Shown piece after piece: positions 49,002 through 58,623 of a stretch of 58,623 nucleotides of DNA (within the stretch, counting starts at the first letter, position 1; each line of letters opens with the position of its first letter). The translations under genes and the position numbers were made by a program. The stretch is taken from NCBI GenBank assembly GCA_002633005.1, contig NMRA01000493.1, positions 51,527-110,149 on the forward strand. Reading direction: 5' to 3'. The DNA comes from Phoronis australis. Taxonomy: Eukaryota > Animalia > Phoronida. A model generated the notes under the pieces. The model saw nothing but the letters and a program-made list of their open reading frames with translations. It was not told where the DNA came from and made no database searches.

Positions 49002-50349
49002 CGTTGGTAGAGAAGCAGAATCTCTGCGTTTTTATCTGGTCTCGTCTGTCCTAGCGAACAGCCTTCCTAGTACTCAGTGACAATGTCCTTTACGGTTTCT
49101 GATTGATGGATTCTGAATAATTTTCAATTACTACCACTACTCATAATTGGAAGATATTATTCTTTATTATCGTGCTATGTGAGCAACAAAAGTAGGTCTA
49201 TGTGACATTGTATAGGTAAGTACAAACCTGAGGAAACAAAATAAACATCTAATACTGAAAAGAATGGACATATCTAAACACAAAATCTTGTCTTCTTGCA
49301 TTTGATGAATTTAACAAAACTAAGATTCATTATATTATCACACTTAACTTATCTAAAAAGTTTGTTTCTCCAACTTCTACAATATTTTCAGACACTCATT
49401 TATAAATAGTAATAGTATGAGCAGAACAGAAAATCGAGTGGAACTACTTGATCTAAATTGATACAAAATAGGTTGTTTTTTGGGTGGCATTCTCCTTTAA
49501 ATCCACCCACTTCAATCATCAGTAATTCAATGCAATGGTTCACAGACACACAATACATGATTTATAAGCTCTTCTTAAATCAATCGTAGCTTTTTCATTA
49601 ACTTATTTCCATAGGAACATACAGAGGTAGAAATTATTGTTTGAATGAAGTCAGATGTGGCAAGTCAACTGAAGATGTTTACAAAATTGCTCCAGCGAAA
49701 TCAGTTGACGTTAAGGTTTGCATGTCTCAACAATATACTACCCGTTGGATTAATTAAGAATTCAATTACATTAGGCTGCTAGTTGTTGAAAGGCAGACAT
49801 ATATTATGTGCAGTTGAACCTCCCGGGACCTATCAAACATGAACCTCCCGGGACCTATCAAACACATTCATTGCAACCGAGCTTCGATGTAACCATATGA
49901 ACCTTATGGCGAAAATAAAAACCATTAAAGCGGTAGAAATTGAAAATGAACACGTAACGGTAAAACTGGCACAACATATCGGTCAGCAGGTTCAAAACTG
50001 CTATAGGGGATCATTATCTCTTATCTGATTTGGTATACCTTACCCTATTGTGCCTGCATTGACTTTCATAATAAAGGGCTATTGTGGAGATGTTTAAACT
50101 GTAGGCTTGGGTAACAATAGGCATTCCTCTGCCTGTTACTAAAGACCAAGCTACACCACAAGGGAAAGCACTACTTTCAGCCAGAGGCACACAATCCAAC
50201 TAGCTAGATGTGTCTAAAGAAATTTGCACACGCAGTAGGCCTAAACCAGAGCGTGTTTCATTCAGCACTTGCCGGTCTCGTGCTAAAAACGTTCGACATT
50301 TGTCTCGGTAAGGCCCATATTAGTCCCCGTGTAGCTGGATGCGTACGTA

Positions 50350-50990
50350 ACTATCTGACAGTTATTTTTCGGTGTAAGGGTGTGTAAGCATTCACTGTCA
50401 GTTGTCACTTTGTCGGATGTTCGGCTTAAAAACACCAATTATGGTTAATCAAACAATACATCTCAAAAATAACGCAAACATGTTTTATACTATTAGAAAT
50501 TGTCGGAAATTAGTGCCAATATTCATTTCTTATCGATGCTATGCTACCCGTTTCATGAATGGAAAATTCCCGACTAATGTCTTTGATGACAGGTTCATGT
50601 ATGTAGCGCGCGCTTCCTGGCCACGTGCGTTTAACACCGAGTTATTTTTATTCATGAGACAGTCGATGTGTCTACCGAAAGGTCAGACCATAGAGTGGGA
50701 CACGGTCGTCGCGAGAGAGTAGCAACGCTGTTGCGTTCTTTTTGAAGCGCTGCGTTACTTTGAAGTGTAAAGTCACGGCTAAATACAAACGTAGCAGTGC
50801 CGCTGGTGGTCTAGAAGACCCGTGCAAAACTTTTTTGATAAATTGAAGACGTTACTGTAGCCGAGTTTTAGGACTGTAGGTACGTCATTGTTCCCGTGTA
50901 CATGTTCATGGACTGGGCGCTTATTTCAGCAAAGTGAAAACGCGTGGGGGGTGCTTATAGGGGCATGGGCGGCTATTACGGCGAATACGG
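50350..50990 (-). mobile_element. Inverted partial copy of the 42406-43626 MITE family
   Basis: Reverse complement aligns by eye to about 42406-43020; ends GGCGAATACGG|TA. Confidence 0.75.
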
Positions 50991-52683
50991 TAATCGATTT
51001 TGATCAATAATTTTCAATATAGCACAAAAATTTTTGACACATGAATAAATAGTTATATCTGAAACTTCTATTCTGGTGTCTGCCCAAGGCCTAGTTAATG
51101 CTTACGTAATACTGCACAAGCGATTTGTGTGGTTGGCTGGCTCACTATAGGGCTATTGTTAGGACGGCTTTGTCATGAGGGACAGCGGGCAACTGGGATA
51201 GCAAAGCGGTCCCTCGCTGAGAGGGCTGACCCTCATGAGTTCGAAGCACAAGCTGGATCTTCGCCAAGACTTAAGTTCTGCTTTATGGTTGTTAATAAAC
51301 CATGTGCATAGCCCCATTAATCAAATCACGTGTCTTTGCGCCATGTGATATCCACAACTATAAAATCAAGGAGTGCGTGTGTGATCAATTCTTAAACTCA
51401 CATGCGCTGGTTTACTGTAAACTTGGTCAAGTTATTCATGGAACATTATAATCATGTGAACGTTGTGTGTAGAAAGGATATTTTGGATTCTTTGGTATAT
51501 AGCACACAAAATGGACGTAAAATGCTCAAATTTGTAACATTTGCTTTCAAAAACAATTCACCGCAATTCTAATTACAACCGTTTTTCACAAAAATTTGTC
51601 ACCTGATCTTTTGAATTTGCCAAAATTGACATTGACCATTTTTCTTTGCAACAATTAGTAGAAACTTCACAAAATGTTATTTTATAACATCTGCAGAGTT
51701 CAAACCGCATTAGTAATAGTCAGAGAAAAGTTTTCTCACTCTAAATTTATGTGAAGAAATATGACAAAAAATTTCACTTGTCCATCACACTGTTTGCTAA
51801 ATAAATATAGAAATACCATTTTTGATAATAGTCAAACTTGTGTAATTCACGTTTATGAAATCCTTAATATTAATGATACCCTTTGTAACAAGTGTAAATT
51901 GCCCTCTATATATTAGTTCCCATTTTGGTTAACAAGTACAATATTTGGCACTTGAAAATGATAACCTGCCATCACCAGGCTGTAAATTCCTGATAAGCCA
52001 ATATATATTTGCAAAATTACACAATTTGAGACAGCTTTCTTGGAGCAAGCCGTGATTCCTGTTCTTGACCTACCTACCTCAATAGTTGACTCCAAGTTTA
52101 ACCTAAACGTATGTGACTTATATGAATGTAAATTTCTTGAATTTTTCCAATTCATCTCAATTTTCTTCATGCATTAAATGCATGTGTAATCCACACAAAA
52201 TACCCACTAGCACTTTCTCCAAGAGAACTCTGTCCGAAATGTAACTAGTTAATTACACACATATTATAGTGAGTGACTTGACTTTCCAAGAATTTTCATC
52301 AGGATAGAATGATACTAATGTTAACCAATCCCTAGAGTTCAACATTTTTTCTATAACACCACTCGCAGAATTCTTAAGAATCCTCAACTTGTTTTGATGC
52401 TATCGTGAACATTCGGGTTGACACCGGGGCGCTTAAATTGACTGGCCTGTAAATCTGGGGGTGGGGACTTTCTAAGACTGACATGCCATATGATCATCCA
52501 AGCCTTTGAAGATGCAACGTTAGATAAATCTAAGGCTTCAGATGTTGTAACTTAGATCGATCGAAAAAAATTCTGTCAAAAAACCTTGCGCAAGTTGTTC
52601 CCCACCCAAATGACGTAACGATGGTAGTGAATAATGCAGCGCATATTTCACCATCAAAAAATCTTGTGACCTATGTTGTACAG

Positions 52684-53125
52684 AGGAAACAGTGTGGCTT
52701 AGTGGGATAAGTATTCGCTTCCTTTACGCAAGGTCGTGGGTTCGAGTCTCTCTGGAGCACACTGCTAGACCCTTGAGTAAGGTCTCTGGCTCGTTAGCTA
52801 TGTTTTGACAAAGCATAAAAATAACAATAAGCCATACCTGCGTACATCTAATACACGTTTATTAGACCACTTGCAATTATTGTTTATTATTTTTTATGTT
52901 GTCATCACTTACAACCACAAATTACGCTGCAACTCAAAATTAAACCAGTTTCCGCATTTGAAAGTGCGCATTGCTGTTTTGAAAATCAGTTTGGTGAAGT
53001 TAAATTACGGGTGGGTGCTAGCCTAAGCAGTGAGTGTTTGGCTAAAGATTCTCATATCTAAGTGAGTGCTTAGTGGAGCATTTGGCACTATCATAAGTAG
53101 GAATAGGCACTTATATGTGCACTGG
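52684..53125 (+). mobile_element. tRNA-derived SINE
   Basis: A box TGGCTTAGTGG (52695), B box GGTTCGAGTC (52739), core-like CCCTTGAGTAAGG, 3' tail ...GGCACTTATA; 3' limit approximate. Confidence 0.65.
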
Positions 53126-53378
53126 CATCAACCCGAATGTTTACAGTAATATAAGTTGACTTTTACTGATACTACAATCAGCCAACTCTCAAATTCTCAA
53201 CCCAGTTTTAATGCTAACGTAAACCAAGTCAAAATCTTCACCACTCTATTTTGAAGGTAACACCACTACTCTTCGTACAATTAATCATATATAACCCCCT
53301 GGCAGAATTCTAAACCCTATATTATGCTAACATCAATAAACTTAAAAGACAATTTTCCACCCTATCTTGTCACATCAG

Positions 53379-54499
53379 TCAGCTCATTGGAATCCAGCTC
53401 GGTGGAAAGTAGTCCGTCTTGTTGACCAGTGTGTCCAGGGTGGAGTTGGCCCTGGGCCAGTCTTTGTAGTACAGCACTTCGCCGTTGGCAAGCCATGCCG
53501 ACCACCATCCAAATGAGCCAATGGAGATGATGGTATGGTCACACAGACTGAGTACTGTCATATCTATCTCCTTATTGTTTCCCTCAGATAGAACCATGTC
53601 CTGGTAGTTCATGTGACGCTTCACCCACTTTGGCTCGTCTGAGCACACGACAAATAACACGTTCTTGTACTTTCTGCGAAAGTAGTTGGTGGCGCTGTTG
53701 TAGTATGATATGTTGGGCGTAACGTAGCCGTAATTCACTATCTGAGGGTCGTGAACCATGTCCCCCTGGCGCACATGAATACCTACCAGAGTCACAGACT
53801 TCGTGCTTCCTGGAATGACAAGCTTTTTACCTGAGCTGATGCTGACTTGTGCGATGGCGGCTACAAGTTTTGAAGAACTTGTCGTTACATTTCGCTCATT
53901 CAACTTTTTTATGAGGAATGTTAATGCCGACTCCACCAGATAATTGGCAAACTGAAATTCTCGTCTTAGTTCATGTGCATGGTCATGGCAGTATTTCCAC
54001 GATTGGTAATATCCGTACAATTGGACATTGTGTCGCATGTCCAACTTATTTATGGCTGGATCAAATGCACAGGAAAGTTTTTCCCGGACTCTCCTAAATG
54101 TCATCATTCCTAATCTCGCAACACTGACGGGCTCTGCAGATATGCTAAAGATGCCCCAGAGCTCTTGATTAGTAGGGATTACTGGCCGCAACTTCTGCGC
54201 TCTGGCTTCGCAGAACACAGCTGCATATTGAAACAGCTCGTTACCCAGCCTGCCCTGGAAAAATACAGACAGCACTTTGGTGTTAGTGGTGTGCCATCGT
54301 CCGTCTAGGTAACGTTGCTGGTTCAGTTCAACTTGCCGTTGGAACGGTGTCTTTTTTACGTCTACCAAGTGAGCTATCCACGAGAAACATGCGACTAGGA
54401 GGAGGACAATTACCAGTAGTATGATGGACAGTTTACAGATCCGACGAGAGATACAGGCCAGGAACAGATAACACGAATTATCTCTCGCTTCTCTTGCAT
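53379..54499 (-). CDS. GT11 galactoside alpha-1,2-fucosyltransferase (FUT1/2-like), main coding exon, nested in BRD7/9 intron 9
   Basis: Frame stays open above the ORF call up to acceptor tttcag at 54500 and includes TM segment LSIILLVIVLLLVACFSWI; motifs GRLGNELFQYA, GYYQSWKY, GIHVRQGD, SD..W, LSLCDHTIISIGSFGWWSAWL; start-codon exon not located. Confidence 0.92.
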
Positions 54500-54539
54500 C
54501 TGAAATGAAAAGTGATACACTTTATGTTAACAGACTCTT

Positions 54540-55780
54540 CAGTGTTCTCCGCAACAAAATTCAAACTCGACTTGAATTTCAAAACTTGTGTACGCGTGTT
54601 CAAAAGTCAATGTCTATACCGTGGGGAGTTTGTACATTAAGTCTTGAAATAAACGATTGAACTGCTACCAAAAGTTCAAAATGTCCCACAGTAAAATTTC
54701 CCGAATTTAGGACAGTGTTCTGAATTTCGGACTCCTAAAGACAAGGTCCCTTTCATGGGTCGTTTGACTCATGGCGTGTGATTTGTAAAATGAAACCTGG
54801 GCCCGTAGCGGAGATTGGTCTAAATCCGGATATGCGCATATTAAAAAATAATTTGAATTTATCCAAGAGCGGATGGTTCTGCTATTGGGCCGGAGTGAAC
54901 ATAGGACAGATAAAATTCCAACAGCAGTACCGGGAATGCACGGGAAGAGATTATCGGGACAAACCGCTTTTATATTAAAGCATAATTAGCGTCGAAGAAG
55001 CTAACGCACTTGTAGCCAGCTACGTGAACCCAGCTGTGTGAACAGTCACTTGCGCTTGGTGGTGTTTTGTGATAAGAACTACGTAGACTCTACCTCGGTT
55101 AAATTGTGCTGTGTTTCGGAATAACAATTTCAAACTTTTATTGAATGAATATACCCCAGTCGGATAAAGCAACAGTTCTATAATTGTCAAAAAACACCTG
55201 GAAACATAATCGAGCTAAGACCGGGAGGACCTTAGTTACATGTATGTTGTTGGAATGCCGTTTCGCTAAGGTCTGTTTGAGTGACAAGTGACTCATAAGT
55301 ATGTCACGTGAGCTGACCCAGAAACAAATCGGGGCTACACATACTGCAGTTGTGTCGTCTGTGTTTGGTATGCAAATAGTTTAATGTGAATACATTGGGC
55401 ACCAATGGATATTACGAATAATCAGTCAAGTCGTGTTACACAATATATATTTCCTATCAAAAAGTTTGGTAAGTCGATTGTGTTCAGAGTCAGTAACATC
55501 GCTGTTTATGCTTTGAGGATATTGTATGAATTTCTCGTCAGCAAAAACGATCACAAATTCACGAGGCTGTTCAAACGGTCTAAAACCGCAAAAAAGAAAC
55601 GTCGGCACCCAACTGCATAAATTTCAAGATTTCGGACACCGTCAATTTTGCCATGTTTCTCGAATTTTCGAATATTGGCTATTTCTAAAATTTAGGACCG
55701 GTTCAAAATATTTATTTTTTCACTGTCCTAAATTTGTTACATCATGATACTCTGTATTTGTCCTAAGTGAGAGAGAACTT
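54540..55780. mobile_element. Probable hAT-like non-autonomous element
   Basis: Starts CAGTGTTCTCC (same start at 17872); inverted subterminal AATTTAGGACAGTG / CACTGTCCTAAATT; right TIR unclear. Confidence 0.35.
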
Positions 55781-55864
55781 CTCTATAATATCTGCGTTAT
55801 GATAGGATACCTATGAATACTTAAATTCTATGACGTTTCCGCACTCTTGCCATTGTCTTCACAG

Positions 55865-55976
55865 CTTACAATCGTTCGTGGCCGACGCAAGTGACTACGC
55901 GATCAAGATGGTAGACAACATGCTGGATATCTTAACAGGGGGAGAGCACTCCAAGACACAGGTCATATTAGAAGAG
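55865..55976 (+). CDS. BRD7/9: BRD7/9 exon 10 (gene continues beyond the window)
   Basis: acag|C..GAG|gtgag; LQSFVADASDYAIKMVDNMLDILTGGEHSKT, compare BRD7 LLDVLTKGGHSRT. Confidence 0.95.
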
Positions 55977-56199
55977 GTGAGTATCTAATGTGCTGTGTAG
56001 TGTGCAATTCATGGTCGGTTGAATTGTATTTGTCATTTTGCCTGTGCATCCTTTGTATTGTGCTATGCTGTACAAATATCACACGAAAAATCAATGAATG
56101 TATTCTGTGATAGTTGTTCTAATTTTTTGTATGCCCTCATAGTTATATGTGGGAGTATTATGCTGTTATCGTTGTACATCTGTTCACCTGATCTCAGCT

Positions 56200-56490
56200 G
56201 CTGTATCTCCAAAAGCCCTCGATTTATGTTCAAGAAATTGTGCAGAAATATTCCTTTCATTGGTGGGACAGCAAATTTTTAGTTGGATCCTACTACTGGT
56301 GTTTCCTAGTGGCAATTTTAGTTGTTAGTGTTTGCCTCTGTATCTTCAGAGTTCATAAACAGATTTCCATGAAGCTTTGCAAATAGGTATCTGTTTGAAG
56401 GATGACGCCACCTTCAAGTTTTCAAATGGATCCAATGTATTTTGCGCTGTGGCCCCTAGTGACTATCCTTAAGAATGTTCTTTCACTCTG
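56200..56490 (+). mobile_element. Degenerate copy of the Helentron/HINE-like core
   Basis: Aligns by eye to 58425-58623 (TATCTCCAAAA..., CCTAGTGGCAATTTTAGTT...TGTATCTTCA). Confidence 0.6.
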
Positions 56491-57529
56491 TTTCACAAAA
56501 TTCTGTTATTCCTAGCAATGTAAAATTTTCACAATTACATTGGTATGACTAACGGAAACCATAGCGTTGTCCTAAATCATTCATTACAGACTTGTCCTAA
56601 TATTGTTTATTCTGATGAGAGTTTCCCTGCCCAAGACATCCACTGTATGAGGTTGCTCATAAAGGAGGCTATTCACATAAGCATTATATGAGCATTGCAG
56701 GAACATCGGAGCTTACAATCTCTAGCTGTGCTGATTGGTGTTGTCCTGTTCCCAGCATATTTCTCTCACTATGCGTTTGCAGACGATCCCGAGCAGTGTG
56801 ACTTTTTAATTATATTCACTATGTTTGGATTTATTTGATCTCATGCTGTCCTGTCCAACTTCTCCCTGATGATGGTTTGTTTGTAATAAACCGAAACATC
56901 AGATAATTTCGTCTTTCATTTCTAAACACTGGCTTAATCTCCTGGAAGCTCAGCAAAAAAAAATTAGTCTCGTTCTTATCAAGATTGCGAGATCAAAGTT
57001 CTTGTTTTGACAAAAATATATAAGATAAGACGATGTTGTCATTTGCTATGAAATCACTTGATACAAGCTACTAAAGAGTGACTACAGTTAGTGGAGGTGT
57101 GACAAAAATGCTCAATATGGTAGGTTGCTACCACTTTAAATGCCTAACATAGGTTTTTAAAAACAAAACATAGCATAGCAGGTCAAAGTAGAAATAACGC
57201 GTTGTTCCAGCACAACAGCAACTTGACATGTATTCCTTTAGGTCTCTTGTTATTTGTACTTCAGAGCACCTTAGGAATTCTTTTTATATGACTATTTGTG
57301 CATCTTAAATTTTCCATAAGCTAAGTATTTCTGTCCAAACATGGAGCAGCAACAGAAAAGTGTCTGTTTTTGACAAGTTGAATTTTTCTAAGAATAACTA
57401 GATGACACTAAACTATAACTTTTCACGAAATACTTCTGAAATTGAAAAAGGCAAGTACATCTAGGTTAAATCTGTAGCAACTAATTACTCGATTTTAAAG
57501 GTGTCTTTGTAACATTTAATCGATTTAAG

Positions 57530-58142
57530 GTTCTTAGATGTGAGTTACATTTTATCTTCTGTTAGTTTAGAAAATAAAAATATGACCTAAGGTTATTTTT
57601 ATAGGCTGAAAAGTTGTAATTTCATGGGTGTGACGAACGTACGTGACGGACGTACAAATTTGCCGTACGTCTGTTACATAACTTCTGGGATCTAAAATTT
57701 TGGTCAATAGTATTGAGTAACAAGTTCAAAGAGACTCTGAAATTATTTTAATTTTCATTGAAAACTTTTAATGCAACTAAAATTTTTAGCACTTTTTTGT
57801 GACGGAGGTACAGCACCATGATATCCAGGAGTTGAACTTTGACCCCAAGAGGTCGTTGATGTGCCAAAGTTGAAATGTTAATTTTTATGAAGATTAGGCT
57901 TCATATGATTGCACAAATTTGATAATATACTGAAATACCCATAATTAGCTTATTTATGACAATAATTAGCAACACACATGAAAATTGAGATAATTTTTAG
58001 GCGAAAAATAAAAAGTTGTAGGACAGTCACTTATTAGTCATAAAACTAGAGAGACTGGGCTCTCAGATGAGACCAGAAATGTAACTAAAGGTCAAAATTT
58101 TAATATTTTGTCTCTAGGTTGCCCTTTTCATGGAATTGCCTC
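57530..58142. mobile_element. Possible Sola-like DNA element fragment
   Basis: Ends TTTTCATGGAATTGCCTC; repeated GTGACGGACGTAC motifs; left end not found. Confidence 0.3.
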
Positions 58143-58337
58143 TAACATAAAATGATGTCATAAAGTGCTATTAACGCCCTGTTTGTACATTTATAAATGA
58201 TCAAACGGAGACACGAGTACCATAGTGATCAACAGGCGACAGTGGGAGTGAAAGAGTTTAGCAACATAAGCAATTCTGAATTTCAAGTTTCATTCTAAGA
58301 CCTTGGTCTTACTCCTTGGGATTCCGTCTGATGATTG

Positions 58338-58623
58338 ATTTTTATGCGCCCACATATTTATATGTGGACGCATTATGCCGTCATCTCAGTCCGTCCGTCC
58401 GTCCGGGCGGCGTCCGGCGTCCGCTGCTCTATCTCCAAAACCCTTTGACATACGTTCATGAAATTTGGCACATATGTTCCATTCATGAATGGGACGGCAT
58501 GTGCGAACTTTCGGACGGATCTGACTACCGGTGTGCCCCCTAGTGGCAATTTTAGTTTTTTACGCTTACCTTTGTATCTTCAAAAGTCCTGAACGGATTT
58601 TCATGAAATTTGGTATGTAGGCA
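58338..58623 (+). mobile_element. Helentron-associated (HINE/DINE-1-like) element, 5' part
   Basis: TTTTTATGCGCCCACATAT..ATATGTGGACGCAT hairpin followed by a (CCGT)n microsatellite and core repeat. Confidence 0.65.

Noticed and set aside
52684-52760. Functional tRNA gene
   Set aside because: A and B boxes are present but there is no convincing acceptor stem, and it runs into a SINE-like core
55088-55260. Upstream coding exon for the fucosyltransferase (donor-like GAG|gtagag at 55094)
   Set aside because: No in-frame ATG before the upstream stop, and it lies in probable TE sequence

Overview
AT-rich, intron-containing animal genomic DNA, probably from an invertebrate bilaterian (species not identifiable from sequence alone); it is not prokaryotic. 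Four host genes were reconstructed by hand with phase-consistent GT-AG splicing. (1) The last 7 exons of TRIP13/PCH2 (AAA+ ATPase, +, 1011-11307). (2) A complete two-coding-exon SLC52A riboflavin transporter (-, 15287-17704, about 683 aa) with long extra cytoplasmic segments. (3) The first 10 exons of BRD7/9 (+, 22695-55976, continues past the window). (4) A GT11 alpha-1,2-fucosyltransferase nested antisense in BRD7/9 intron 9 (-, 53379-54499). Introns are crowded with DNA transposons: a 6.75 kb hAT element with a dead, intron-split transposase and 6-bp TSD, its deletion derivative in an apparent composite unit, 5-bp-TSD hAT MITEs, a TTAA-flanked Kolobok-like element, and pogo-like, Harbinger-like and Helentron-like elements. 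There is also a tRNA-derived SINE and several minisatellites. I see no clear new multi-gene system. The best leads are the TRIP13-BRD7/9 linkage (one inversion from the human layout), the composite hAT unit, the nested fucosyltransferase, inverted MITEs around BRD7/9 exons 8-9 and a 40-bp hairpin array behind TRIP13.
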